From a virus, in IMG/VR virus record IMGVR_UViG_3300017774_006254, positions 32,001 to 96,000 of that record: DNA of 64,000 nt. One strand, given 5' to 3'. How positions within the stretch are numbered: position 1 is the first letter of the stretch; the number at the start of each line of letters is the position of its first letter. Under the pieces are notes generated by a model. The model did not search any database and had not been told where the DNA came from. It worked only from the letters and a program-made list of their open reading frames with translations. The position numbers were made by a program, and so were the translations under genes. Shown one piece after another: positions 1-9,683 of this stretch.

Positions 1-92
1 AGTACCCCAAACGACATTACGCCCACCTCAGCTCCGTAGAGCCAAGATGGGCGCAGTGTCATGTGTGAGCGGAGAAGGCTCCGCTCATGTCC

Positions 93-905
93 TCAGAGGA
101 CGTCGCGGGAGTGGATGCCGTCGATGAGGTACTTGACGTCCTTCTCGATGTCATCGCGACCCGCCGTCGACAGGCCGGTGCCCGAGGCGCCCGACGCGAC
201 GATCGTTCCGCCAGGACCGTTGCCCCACGCGTCGTTGTTCGGCACGAGGCCGTTCAACTGATCCACAACCGACGCGCCCGAAGCCTGGCCGATCGGCGAT
301 GCGATCGCGATGACGACGAAGCCCTGACGAGGCGGAATGAGGATCGGACGCGCAAGACGCATGAGCGCCGAGCTGGTGGGCACGCCGTTGTTCGCGCGGG
401 GAAGGCGCGAATCAGCGAAGAAACCATCGAGACCACCAGCAAACGGCGTGTACGCCGTGTACGTGGTGAGCTGGGGCTTGTCACCAGCTTGGAACTGCCA
501 GAACAGCTGGTTCTGGGTCTGGTGGTAGAGCTTGTGCACGCGGTTGATGCGGTCTCCGGAGACCGTGCCAACTGCGCCAACCGGCGTCGCGTTGCCCGCG
601 TTGATCGCAGGGAAAGTCTGGTCCGCGCCGGTCGTCGAACGCGGCGACTCGGTATTGAACCTGAAGTACGTCCAAACGCGGACCGCGAGGGTCACGAACG
701 TCTGGTCGGAGGGGAAGAAACCACCGGTCGTCAGGTTGCTGACGGCGATGTCCGCACCCTGCTTGGTGAAGAGCTGCGAGCGGCTCTGCACGGCCCCGAA
801 CACGCCCACGTTCGCCTGACGGAGGTCGCCCTGACCGTCTACGCGAAGGAGGGAATCGTAGAACGGCTGATGGATGCGTTCCCTGGTACCAACAATTTTC
901 GGCAT
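93..905 (-). CDS. Putative jelly-roll major capsid protein
   Basis: ORF from MPKIV (ATG at 905). The pattern QPFYD...QLF...SNL..GGFFP...F...AVRV recalls jelly-roll capsid proteins of tailless viruses. It is beta-rich and lies downstream of the membrane-protein cluster. Confidence 0.5.
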   Translation of the reverse strand: MPKIVGTRERIHQPFYDSLLRVDGQGDLRQANVGVFGAVQSRSQLFTKQGADIAVSNLTTGGFFPSDQTFVTLAVRVWTYFRFNTESPRSTTGADQTFPAINAGNATPVGAVGTVSGDRINRVHKLYHQTQNQLFWQFQAGDKPQLTTYTAYTPFAGGLDGFFADSRLPRANNGVPTSSALMRLARPILIPPRQGFVVIAIASPIGQASGASVVDQLNGLVPNNDAWGNGPGGTIVASGASGTGLSTAGRDDIEKDVKYLIDGIHSRDVL

Positions 906-1067
906 CTTGACTTGCTTTCCAAGTGTGTTGAATGTACTACTCAACACCGGTCCCGCTGATTGAGGATTCCACGGTCCATCCATGGAGCCCACGACCCAAA
1001 ACTTCGCAGTGGTACGGAGCTTTTGCCTTGCGGCTACTGGGTCGCATGATTTGCGCTTGGCTGACTA

Positions 1068-1883
1068 TCAGCCGAGCATTCCGGAGAAGATGTGACGAGC
1101 GAACACGCCGCCCGCGTAGCCCTGATCGCCCGAAGCGAAAGACTTCGAGACGCGGCGGACCTGAGGCCTGGACTGCATGGGAATCGCGCCGTCCGTAGGC
1201 GTGATGGTGGTGACCGCTTCCATGCGGTTCATCGAGCTGTCGACTGCACCTTGGTCACCGGGCTCGCCAAGGTCGCCGATGCCAGAGATGCCGTCGCCAG
1301 AGTCGCCGAGGCCGCTCATCGGCTGATCGACGTACTCACCGATGCCAGCCGCGGCGTACATCGTGCCGAGACCAAGCATTCCCTTGTAAGGCGCGCCCGC
1401 GTGGGAGATGTCGTATCCACGACCCATCCCAGAGAGCATGCCTTCGTTGTAGTAGCCCGCCGTAGCCGTTGGAGCCGCAGTCGCCGGAGCGCTTGCGACA
1501 GCCGGAAGGATGGCAGCTGCTGGTGAGCCGCCGAGCATCGGCATGTTGCGAATGAACGATTCCGATGCAGCAAGCCCCGCTCCGATCACCGCCGCATTGG
1601 CCATTGGGCCGCTGACGAGGGAAGGAAGCGAACGCTGGGCAGCGAAGTAGGCCGGGATGAGAACGGCCGCAGCGGCAACCTTGCCATACCGTGGGTCGGC
1701 AAGCAAGCTGATTTTGCTGGAGGCGATGTTTCCAGCGACACGGGTGGCGACAAAGCCAACCGTGCCACTGAGAACCGGACTTACGACGTCCCGCACGATG
1801 TCAGAGTCCAAGAAATTCTTGAGAATCCGACGGACTCCCCGCTTCGAGCGGGCATTTTTGCGACTGGTACGGCGACGTGCCAT
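1068..1883 (-). CDS. Virion membrane/core protein, paralog of the C-terminal part of 1931..4696
   Basis: Basic N-terminus, 2-3 hydrophobic segments, an EYVDQPMSG motif and the C-terminus GYAGGVFARHIFSGMLG, shared with the neighbouring ORF. Confidence 0.7.
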   Translation of the reverse strand: MARRRTSRKNARSKRGVRRILKNFLDSDIVRDVVSPVLSGTVGFVATRVAGNIASSKISLLADPRYGKVAAAAVLIPAYFAAQRSLPSLVSGPMANAAVIGAGLAASESFIRNMPMLGGSPAAAILPAVASAPATAAPTATAGYYNEGMLSGMGRGYDISHAGAPYKGMLGLGTMYAAAGIGEYVDQPMSGLGDSGDGISGIGDLGEPGDQGAVDSSMNRMEAVTTITPTDGAIPMQSRPQVRRVSKSFASGDQGYAGGVFARHIFSGMLG

Positions 1884-1930
1884 GAGGAACTCCTTGAGAG
1901 ATGTTGCTGCTGAAGCTCAAGAGCCTAGGC

Positions 1931-4696
1931 TCAGAGCATTCCGCCGAAGAGATGACGTGCGAACACGCCGCCTGCGTAGCCCTTGCCCTCTGGCGTGACG
2001 AGCGATGCGTTGATCTCGCGATCAAGCGGCATCTGGCCCGTGACCGGAAGCGCTCCGGAGACTGGCATCTCGATCGACGCCCACGGCGGCTGGCGCTTGG
2101 AGTACATGGCGGCCAGGTCTGCATCCGCTTCGCCCGAGCCCATTTCATCGGACCCGAAGCCAGCTGCGGCCTCCATGACGCCGCCTTCCATGGCGTTCAT
2201 GGCGCCATCAATTCCGGCCATGTTGCCCGGATCGATGCCCTCGGCGTACGAGCCGACGCCCGCTGCCGCGTACATCATGCCCATGCCGCTCATCGGCTGA
2301 TCGACGTACTCGCCGGTGCCTGCTGCGGCATAGAACGCGCCCATGCCGTTCATCGGCTGGCTGACGTACTCGCCGATGCCGTTGACGTACTCACCGAGGT
2401 ACGCAGCAGCGCTTGTTCCCGCCGACACGCGCTGAATGACGCGGTCAGCGAGGGCCAGGCCCATGCCGGTGACGAGTGCGCCACGATGACGCCTCACGAT
2501 GCCCACCTTGGTCGCGAGACCAAGCGTTGCAGCGATGCCGAGGATGTTCGCGGCGATCTTGGTGTTCGAGGCGCCCGAAGCGTCCGAAGCGCCCGAGTCA
2601 AGCATGCCTCGGACCGCGCCGATGTTCGCGACACCGTTCGAGAGCAAGCGTGCTGCGATGAAACCAGCGGTGCCGCCAAGAACTGGCGTTGCGACATCAA
2701 GGATCGCGCCCATGCCGTTGCGACGAACGCCACGACGCGAACCACGACGACGACGTGAGCTGCGACGATTCATGACCACGTACTTCTGATTCCTGCGCAT
2801 CGACGACCTCTTTCTCGACGAACGACGCCTTTTGTTCGCCGTCATCTTCCTGCTTGACTTCCTGGACTTGCGCCGCCCGTACCATGCGGGGGGCTTGCGC
2901 CAACGGCTGTAGCGCCTGCGCTCCGCGTATCCACCAGTGGTGGCGCGTGCGTGCGCGTCCTTCGCAGCTCCGCCGAAGCGGAATTTGCGCACGTACGAGT
3001 GCTGCGAGACGTGCGGCGGAACGAGGACCGGATAGCCCGCGTTGCGGAACTTCCTGCCGGACTTCGGGCCGTACTCGACGAGCTGGTAGTAGCGGCCCTT
3101 GGGCGTGCCGACTCGGCTGGAGCCTGAGCCTCGGTACTTGACCTTCGAGACGGCCAGCATGTTGCGCGTCAAGCGCGAGCCACGACGGCGCGAACCACGG
3201 CGTGATCCGCGACGCGAACCGCGACGCGAACTGCGGCGCCTGTTCATGACCACGTACTTCTGGTTGGCCGTCACACGACGACGCGAACCACGACGACGGC
3301 GTGAGCCTCGACGCGATGAACGACGACCATTGGCCGTGGCGTACATCACATTCTTGCTCATGCGACGGCGCGAGTTCCGGCGAACCGAACCCCGACGCGA
3401 CCTGCGACGACGGCGACCGTTGGCTGTTGCGTACATGGTGTTCTTGCTCATCCTGCGACGTGAGTTGCGACGAACCGCTCGGCGCGAACCTCGGCGCGAC
3501 GAACGACGTGACGATCGGCGCGACGCGCGACGCGACCGGCGACGACCATTGGCCGTCATGCGGCGCTTCCTGCGACCACGGTACGTGGCGCCAACCGCGT
3601 AGCCACGCTTCGAGGAACCACGGGGCTTGCCACGCCTGCTGGTGAGACGACCAGCCGAACGCGGGATCGGGTAGGTGAGAATGCTCGGGCGTCCAGAACG
3701 GCTGAGCGGAAGTCGACCAACCCTCGTGATCGTGGGCATCAGCCCGCGCGTGAGGTACTTGTCGATGTACTCGCGGCCCGTCGTGCGAACACGCTTGCCA
3801 TGAAAGTAGCGCTTCTTGCTGGCGCGCCTGCGGGACGAACGGCGACTGCGCTTGCGCCCATTCGCCTGCATGCGGCTGTTGCGGCGACGGCGCGCTGCTG
3901 CACGCGAAGCCCTCGTCGAGTGGCGCTTGCTTCCGCGAGCGACGGCCACACGGCGACTGCCCCTGCGCGAAGACTTCTTCGAGGTCTTGCGTGACGTCTT
4001 GCGGGCCCTCTTCTTTGGACCAGTGCCAGCCTTGCGCGTGAGCGCGGCCTTGCGACCAGCCCGACGACGCGACGTGCGACGCGCTGATGTCTCGCGAATC
4101 GAAGCTCGGCGACGAGCCTTTCCGCGAGGGGTCTGCCTCGATGCGCGACGGCGACGACCACGCGACGAAATGGACATGCCACCCGCCGAACGCGTCTCAG
4201 TCACAGCCTCATGATCTTGACCACCACGAGCAGCTGCGCCCATTCCTGCGTACATCTCGTCTTCGTCGAACCCGTAGTTGCGACGAAGCCCATTGGACTT
4301 CATTGCCTTCCTCAGGGCGCTGATGTTGTATGCCATTCCACTTCTCCTCTTAGGGTTCCTGAGCATCGAGCCAGGGATCGCTTTGGTTAGGACCGTTCCG
4401 TACTCATCGGTCGCGTAGAGACGAGCTTTGCCTCGGCCCTTTCCGGTCTTGTCCGGATGACGCTCCGCCCAAGACTTCGCACCTTGCAGCGTCCTGTACT
4501 GCGGGCTTTCATGGATCTGCTTCCTACGACCAGAGATCCATTGAAATGGATTTTGCTGCGGAGGACGGCCTGTGTTCACGACAGTCAGCGCATTGACCCC
4601 AGGGTTCGAACGAAGACCACGATTCGGCTCCATGCCAGGCGATCTCTCGTACTGGCGCGCCGACTGCTTGGTGCTTCGTTTGTAGACTAGGGCCAT
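1931..4696 (-). CDS. Arg/Ser-rich protamine-like DNA-condensing core protein with a C-terminal membrane domain
   Basis: 921-aa ORF with roughly 500 aa of RRSSRRGSRR-type low-complexity sequence, then hydrophobic helices and GEYV repeats. There is an internal RBS (GAGGAG) and ATG at 4336. Confidence 0.75.
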   Translation of the reverse strand: MALVYKRSTKQSARQYERSPGMEPNRGLRSNPGVNALTVVNTGRPPQQNPFQWISGRRKQIHESPQYRTLQGAKSWAERHPDKTGKGRGKARLYATDEYGTVLTKAIPGSMLRNPKRRSGMAYNISALRKAMKSNGLRRNYGFDEDEMYAGMGAAARGGQDHEAVTETRSAGGMSISSRGRRRRASRQTPRGKARRRASIRETSARRTSRRRAGRKAALTRKAGTGPKKRARKTSRKTSKKSSRRGSRRVAVARGSKRHSTRASRAAARRRRNSRMQANGRKRSRRSSRRRASKKRYFHGKRVRTTGREYIDKYLTRGLMPTITRVGRLPLSRSGRPSILTYPIPRSAGRLTSRRGKPRGSSKRGYAVGATYRGRRKRRMTANGRRRSRRASRRSSRRSSRRGSRRAVRRNSRRRMSKNTMYATANGRRRRRSRRGSVRRNSRRRMSKNVMYATANGRRSSRRGSRRRRGSRRRVTANQKYVVMNRRRSSRRGSRRGSRRGSRRRGSRLTRNMLAVSKVKYRGSGSSRVGTPKGRYYQLVEYGPKSGRKFRNAGYPVLVPPHVSQHSYVRKFRFGGAAKDAHARATTGGYAERRRYSRWRKPPAWYGRRKSRKSSRKMTANKRRRSSRKRSSMRRNQKYVVMNRRSSRRRRGSRRGVRRNGMGAILDVATPVLGGTAGFIAARLLSNGVANIGAVRGMLDSGASDASGASNTKIAANILGIAATLGLATKVGIVRRHRGALVTGMGLALADRVIQRVSAGTSAAAYLGEYVNGIGEYVSQPMNGMGAFYAAAGTGEYVDQPMSGMGMMYAAAGVGSYAEGIDPGNMAGIDGAMNAMEGGVMEAAAGFGSDEMGSGEADADLAAMYSKRQPPWASIEMPVSGALPVTGQMPLDREINASLVTPEGKGYAGGVFARHLFGGML

Positions 4697-5043
4697 TTGG
4701 ACACACGTTCGCCTCTCGACCCGCCGTAGCAGGGAGGGACACGCCCTAGGTCTTCGATGGTTAAGCTACTGTGTCGGGGTACTCAAGTCCAACTTTTTCG
4801 ATGTCTGACAGTTATTTTGCGAGATCAGCGCTGCGAATGGCGACGTTTTCGCTTCGGCGAACCGTTGACGCACATGACGCATGTATCCACCGCGAAAGAT
4901 CCGCTCAGCACGAAGCAAGCTGTCGCCACACCAGACGCCCTCGAACCAGATATCAGCGGCTTCTTCGGCACGTTCCGCTAGGGCGTCCGACGTGTCTTCG
5001 CGCACCGCGACGCGCAGCTGCACCCGTGGGCCGTTGGCACGCA

Positions 5044-5358
5044 TCAGTCGTCCTCCGGCTCTCGCCGAGGATCTATGGTGGGTTTCTTGAGAATTCTTTC
5101 CAAGCGCTGATGTGACTGCTTGATGGTCGACTGCACGTTCCGAAGAATCGCCGCATCCGTCTGCTGAGCCGGAGGCTTTTCTTTCGTGATCGTTGTCAGT
5201 CCGAGCGCAAGCTCGCAGTCCTGAACGCGCTGTCTTGTCCTAGCCAAGTCTGACTGAAGCTTGGCGACCGCGTTCACAGCGCCTTTGACCAGCTCGTCCG
5301 ACTCTTTGATATGGGCTTGGAGTCGAATAATGAGCTTTTGCGTGGCGTCGTCAGACAT
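5044..5358 (-). CDS. Coiled-coil hypothetical protein
   Basis: Heptad-like sequence, tightly packed in the operon. Confidence 0.55.
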   Translation of the reverse strand: MSDDATQKLIIRLQAHIKESDELVKGAVNAVAKLQSDLARTRQRVQDCELALGLTTITKEKPPAQQTDAAILRNVQSTIKQSHQRLERILKKPTIDPRREPEDD

Positions 5359-5360
5359 GG

Positions 5361-5687
5361 TCAGTCTTGGTGCGCTCCACGCGACAGGAGCTGATCGATT
5401 GACTTCATCACATGCCGCATGTCCGCTTGGACCGTCGCAATGTCCTCGCGCTTGGCCAAAGTGCCAAGCTGAACCTCCATCGAATTGAAGCGCTTGTCCA
5501 CCTGAGCTTCCAACGCAACGACGGTTTTCGACGAGGCGAAAGCGACCTCAAATTCCTTGCGGATTTTCGCGTTCTCTTCGTCCAGCATGGACTTGACGTC
5601 GTTCTTGATCTTCATCCCGAGCGCCCACAGGAAGAACGGGACGATGATGGTTAGGCCTGTTTGGATATGAGTCCACTCGATAGTCAT
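5361..5687 (-). CDS. N-terminal transmembrane plus coiled-coil protein (holin-like or membrane-associated)
   Basis: MTIEWTHIQTGLTIIVPFFLWALG TM segment followed by a coiled coil; start abuts the upstream stop. Confidence 0.5.
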   Translation of the reverse strand: MTIEWTHIQTGLTIIVPFFLWALGMKIKNDVKSMLDEENAKIRKEFEVAFASSKTVVALEAQVDKRFNSMEVQLGTLAKREDIATVQADMRHVMKSIDQLLSRGAHQD

Positions 5688-6355
5688 CATCCGTCGATCC
5701 CGTCCTTGAGAACACACAGTCCGCCGCCAGCCATAACCATCAGGAAACCATCCTTCGGCGAGTAAAGGGCGAGCATGTCTCCCTTCGGCGTGCAGTAGAG
5801 GTAACAGCCGCGAGGGTTGATCTCGTAGACCTCGTTGTCGTCGAAACGCTCGACGAAAACACCGAGGCAGTATCCAAGAAGCGTCAAAGCTCCTGGGGCG
5901 CGGACAGGGAGCTTCTCAGCTTTAGCTGGCGCTGCCCTGCGTTTGCCACCGATGGTGCTCTTTGACGCCTCACGTGCAGGCTCGTACGCAATGACGCCCT
6001 TGCCAAACTCGTACTCCTTGTCGGAGCCGCCACTGCTGTCGTCGTGAACGTGCTTGTAATCTTCGTCGTCGCCGTCTTCATGCCACTTGTCAGTGCGGTA
6101 CATCGTGGATACAACTTGTCCAACGGGTACCACTGACGTGGGCAGGTCGTGATTCAGCTCGACGGTCCTGAGCGGGCGCTTTGCATGAAAGGTCTCGTAT
6201 CGACCCATGGCCCCGTCAAGATCTTTCCCGTGCCGTCCCGAGACTTCATCGGGGTCGATGTCGCGACCAACGTGACTCGTGTCCATCGAAGCGCGGCCAT
6301 TCAGTGTGGACCCGTTGGGCGCAAGGCCCGTGTCTGCTTTGCGTAGGAATCGCAT
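5687..6355 (-). CDS. Hypothetical virion protein
   Basis: ORF from MRFLRK, preceded by a GAAGAAG RBS-like sequence, in the structural operon. Confidence 0.55.
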   Translation of the reverse strand: MRFLRKADTGLAPNGSTLNGRASMDTSHVGRDIDPDEVSGRHGKDLDGAMGRYETFHAKRPLRTVELNHDLPTSVVPVGQVVSTMYRTDKWHEDGDDEDYKHVHDDSSGGSDKEYEFGKGVIAYEPAREASKSTIGGKRRAAPAKAEKLPVRAPGALTLLGYCLGVFVERFDDNEVYEINPRGCYLYCTPKGDMLALYSPKDGFLMVMAGGGLCVLKDGIDG

Positions 6356-6356
6356 A

Positions 6357-6698
6357 TCACTTCTTCTTCCGAAAATGATAGTACAGCGCAACCACGCTTG
6401 CACCAGCTGCGAACATGAGCCAGGGCGATCCTGTCACGCCGCTGATCGCGCCAGCATCGTCGCCCAGGTCCATCATGCTGTTTGGTAAGCGCCGGATTTC
6501 TCCATGCGGCAAATGGTCCCATCCCATGAATGCAGCGCCTCCAGGCAACGGCTTCACATCCGTGTCCGGATTGGCGCCGATAGGGCTGTCTACGATAGGT
6601 TTCGGCGGAAGAGCATCATCGCCGACGGAGACATGAGCCGGAGTCGTGTAGATTCCGTACGCGTTTCTGTCCCAGTTCCATACGGAGTAGAGCGCCAT
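6357..6698 (-). CDS. Small C-terminally anchored membrane protein
   Basis: DLGD motif, then TM segment WLMFAAGASVVALYY and basic tail RKKK. Confidence 0.65.
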   Translation of the reverse strand: MALYSVWNWDRNAYGIYTTPAHVSVGDDALPPKPIVDSPIGANPDTDVKPLPGGAAFMGWDHLPHGEIRRLPNSMMDLGDDAGAISGVTGSPWLMFAAGASVVALYYHFRKKK

Positions 6699-6752
6699 TT
6701 TGACTCGCTGTTGTGCACCAAGGCGCCCACCGTCAAGGTAGCACGGTCTCGC

Positions 6753-7142
6753 TTATCCACGCACTTGGATTCGAAGCATAGCTTTCAGTAGTGCGCGCAG
6801 GCCCGGAACCAAATCGAGCTTCAGCGCGTCTTCGGCATCGGCCCAGCGCATGTCGCTCGATTCCCAGTTGGGTTTGGGAGTGCCAGTCCACGCTGTGCAC
6901 ATGTACGTCGTCAGAGTGCCCCATTTACCTCTGGACTCGGCCACTTTTAAGAGCCCTTTTACTCGCAAATTAGCTTCTTCGAGGGTCTCGCGGATGACTG
7001 CCTGTCGCGGTGTTTCTCCGGGATCGACCTTCCCCATGGGGGTATTCCACCGGTCCGGCATCCATGGGGCTGTCGAGCCTCGACGCAGGAGAAGGATGCG
7101 CCCTTGCTTGTCCACAAGGATGCAAGCTGCGGCGTCCGTCAC
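6753..7142 (-). CDS. Nudix hydrolase
   Basis: Nudix box GKVDPGETPRQAVIRETLEEANL; GTG start overlaps the upstream TGA. Confidence 0.85.
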   Translation of the reverse strand: MTDAAACILVDKQGRILLLRRGSTAPWMPDRWNTPMGKVDPGETPRQAVIRETLEEANLRVKGLLKVAESRGKWGTLTTYMCTAWTGTPKPNWESSDMRWADAEDALKLDLVPGLRALLKAMLRIQVRG

Positions 7143-7423
7143 CTGACCGCTCGTCGTGAGTTCTTCTTCATGTTCGACGCGCCGAAAAAGACAGCGGCTG
7201 CGACGCCCACAAGGCCTGCCCAGCCAAGCACCACTGGCCACCCAATAGCCTGCCGAGGAGGTGGCGTTGGGTCTGAAGCTTGCCCAAGAGCCCGAGCTTG
7301 AGCAATCTCCATTGGGGAGTGGCGACAAGGTGCCGTTGAGATCCGCAACTCGTGGGGTCCCATACAGCGACACCTCGACGTCACGACACCGCACCGGCAT
7401 CTCTCGATGTAGTGGCCCATCAC
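7139..7423 (-). CDS. Small membrane protein with Cys-rich N-terminus
   Basis: CRC..CRC, ALGQ, TM helix, tail MKKNSRRAVR. Confidence 0.6.
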   Translation of the reverse strand: MMGHYIERCRCGVVTSRCRCMGPHELRISTAPCRHSPMEIAQARALGQASDPTPPPRQAIGWPVVLGWAGLVGVAAAVFFGASNMKKNSRRAVR

Positions 7424-7719
7424 TTCCTTCGGAAAGCGAAGAAAGCTCCAACGCCAAGCAGGAGCGCTCCACCGATGAGGTACGGGGTGTACGAGACCTC
7501 AGGCGCCTGTCCGTATGGGAGTCCGGTCGCGGGGTTGATCGCGCCGTACGGCATGCCTGTCGCCGGGTTCATTGGAACCTGGCCTGCGGTTGCGGAAGGA
7601 TCGGCAGCTGGAGGGGTTCGCCCCGCTGCGATGAGCTGCGCCGCAGCGGTACCCACTGCGGTCGTAATTGCCGCGACATCCTCAGCTGTGGTTCCCATCG
7701 ATCTTGCGTACGACATCAT
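7420..7719 (-). CDS. Small membrane protein (MSY family)
   Basis: MSY start, NPATG(M/L)PYG repeated twice, C-terminal TM and FRRK. Confidence 0.65.
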   Translation of the reverse strand: MMSYARSMGTTAEDVAAITTAVGTAAAQLIAAGRTPPAADPSATAGQVPMNPATGMPYGAINPATGLPYGQAPEVSYTPYLIGGALLLGVGAFFAFRRK

Positions 7720-7910
7720 CTACTCCTTCGGTTGCGTTTGACACGACGACGAGCAACTGCGTATGCCGCCCAGCTCAAGGCAACCGCTGCGACTCCAAGT
7801 GCGATTGTACCGCCGATGACAGTGTTCGCCACAGACGTGACGGTCTGCTGAATGGCATGCTCAACAGCTGGCGTGGACTGCCCAAGAGCGCGAATGTGTT
7901 GGTAGCTCAT
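7716..7910 (-). CDS. Small membrane protein (MSY family)
   Basis: MSYQHIRALGQ, TM helix, tail VKRNRRSR; ATGA coupling. Confidence 0.65.
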   Translation of the reverse strand: MSYQHIRALGQSTPAVEHAIQQTVTSVANTVIGGTIALGVAAVALSWAAYAVARRRVKRNRRSR

Positions 7911-8539
7911 TTTCGCCTGTTCCTTCGCACTCGTCCACGAGGGCTGTAAGCAAGAGACCGCGCCGTCCGCTGCGACACGTAAACGGCCGCCCCAACAAGA
8001 CCAATGGCTACCACAGCCGCAGAGCCGATGATGAGAGGCGAGGTGGGAGGTGTCAGACCAACCGTGTCTGGTGGATCTTGCGGAGATGTGCGCGGCGGAG
8101 GATCGGGGACCGGACCGACCGGATACACGTAAACGTCATCCCGAAGGGGAGGCATGATGATCCTGTATCTGCGCAGAATGATTTGTGATCGCGGGCTGAT
8201 CTCCAACGAGGCCCGAAGCAAAGCATCTCGAATGGAGGTCGCATAAGCCACAGCGGGACGCTCACTCGTCGGCCTCCAGCGCGCATACAAAAAACCACCC
8301 GTGACCCACCTGACATCAAGAACAGTCCCCATAGAAGACAGCGTAGACCGAACGATCGCTTTTGCCGTCTCAGCCTGCTCTGGGGTGATGTTCCTGACGA
8401 CCAAGTTTGCGTCGAGAGCTGGGACAAACCCATAAAGCCCAACGCCAAGCCTCGTGACGCCAACAGAGAGACCTTGGACCTCAGTTGTGTTTGCTGTCGG
8501 AATGGAAACCGGAGTTTCGCCAGAAAGTGCGTAGCTCAT
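7907..8539 (-). CDS. Membrane-anchored virion protein (MSY family)
   Basis: MSYALSG start at 8539, C-terminal TM, tail VRRNRRK. Confidence 0.65.
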   Translation of the reverse strand: MSYALSGETPVSIPTANTTEVQGLSVGVTRLGVGLYGFVPALDANLVVRNITPEQAETAKAIVRSTLSSMGTVLDVRWVTGGFLYARWRPTSERPAVAYATSIRDALLRASLEISPRSQIILRRYRIIMPPLRDDVYVYPVGPVPDPPPRTSPQDPPDTVGLTPPTSPLIIGSAAVVAIGLVGAAVYVSQRTARSLAYSPRGRVRRNRRK

Positions 8540-9102
8540 CGAAGCCTCCTGCGGCGGTTGAACGTGAGCTTGGACAGCGTCTTGATTCTCGCGTAGTTGT
8601 TCAACAAGTACCCCGCACTCACAGCGCCTGCGATACCGATGACAGCCCAAGCCATGAGCGTGTAGTTCGCCGAACGAACAAGATTTGGTTGCTCATCCTC
8701 AGAGAGCCGAGCGTACTGCGTAGGACTTGATCCCGTCAGCGCTCTGTATCGATCTTCGAGCAGGTTGTACCTGTTGACGTACTCCTGGGCCGGAGAGATC
8801 GATCCTTGCGCCCACCATGTAGAAGCCGTGTGGTTGAACGCGAGCCACTGATTTCGCAGCTCGTCCCAGTCAGCGAGAAACCGCGTGCCGACAGCGTTGG
8901 CTCGAAGCGCAGCTCGCCGTGGGATGATGTCACGGTCAAGAGACGTGATCTGCCCGTTGATCTGGTTCAACCACGCCCTGACTTCGCCAGGAAGCCAAGC
9001 CAGCCGACTCGGAGTCACCAGTTCGCCAAGAGACGAACGATTCGAGCGCATCGAGCACCCGCAACCGAGCCCATGCACGTGCGGGCGCAGTGCGTAGCTC
9101 AT
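8536..9102 (-). CDS. Membrane-anchored virion protein (MSY family)
   Basis: MSYALRPHVHGLG start at 9102, helical domain, TM, tail LTFNRRRRLR. Confidence 0.65.
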   Translation of the reverse strand: MSYALRPHVHGLGCGCSMRSNRSSLGELVTPSRLAWLPGEVRAWLNQINGQITSLDRDIIPRRAALRANAVGTRFLADWDELRNQWLAFNHTASTWWAQGSISPAQEYVNRYNLLEDRYRALTGSSPTQYARLSEDEQPNLVRSANYTLMAWAVIGIAGAVSAGYLLNNYARIKTLSKLTFNRRRRLR

Positions 9103-9647
9103 GACCGCCTCCGCCTCCTGCGGTTCGCGCGCACCGGTGCTCCTGCAAGCATGAAGTACGCACCCAAGCCAACGAGAGCCGTGCCACCAAGGATCCACGG
9201 AAGGAGGCTCCTTCGACTCACCTCGACCTCAGCAGGCTTCTCCTCCAAAGCTGACTCTGAGGTCGCCGAAGTGTTCCCTTGGGGCCGTGGCGTGACCGTT
9301 GGATCGGCGACCCGCTGGAGAGCCTCAAGACGGGTCGCCAGAGTCTTGGAAACGAGAACACGCGGCGTAACTGCGATGTTCGTTGGGAACGTGGACGGCA
9401 CTGGCAGTCCTGGTCCCGCTTCCGTCAGACCAGCAATCGTTAGGGGGCCTGCACGACCGTCGACCGCGATGGAAGCCTGCCCCCGAGAAGCGCGGAAGGC
9501 GTTGACGGCACGTTGAGCCCAGGTGGCCGTGGTGTCCCAGTACCGAGCGTCAGGTGCGTATGCGCGCCGTTCCCGATCGGGGCCCAAGGCCGTCGATGCG
9601 GTAGGCACGAACGAGTAGTCGATTGCTTGACCCAGATACGACATCAC
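9099..9647 (-). CDS. Membrane protein with peptidoglycan-binding-like motif (MSY family)
   Basis: AQRAVN...IAVDGRAGPLT resembles PG_binding_1 (VDGxxGPxT); TM; tail VRANRRRRRRS. Confidence 0.6.
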   Translation of the reverse strand: MMSYLGQAIDYSFVPTASTALGPDRERRAYAPDARYWDTTATWAQRAVNAFRASRGQASIAVDGRAGPLTIAGLTEAGPGLPVPSTFPTNIAVTPRVLVSKTLATRLEALQRVADPTVTPRPQGNTSATSESALEEKPAEVEVSRRSLLPWILGGTALVGLGAYFMLAGAPVRANRRRRRRS

Positions 9648-9683
9648 ACCCTCTTCTCGCAGCGATCACCTCGCGGCGTTTCT

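Noticed and set aside
906-1067. c-di-GMP-I riboswitch in the capsid leader
   Set aside because: A GNRA hairpin is present but I could not match the full two-stem consensus.
2730-4200. The Arg-rich ORF as a GC-frame artefact or simple DNA repeat
   Set aside because: It is one continuous frame with recurring peptide motifs encoded by varied codons, and it ends in a domain clearly paralogous to the next gene.
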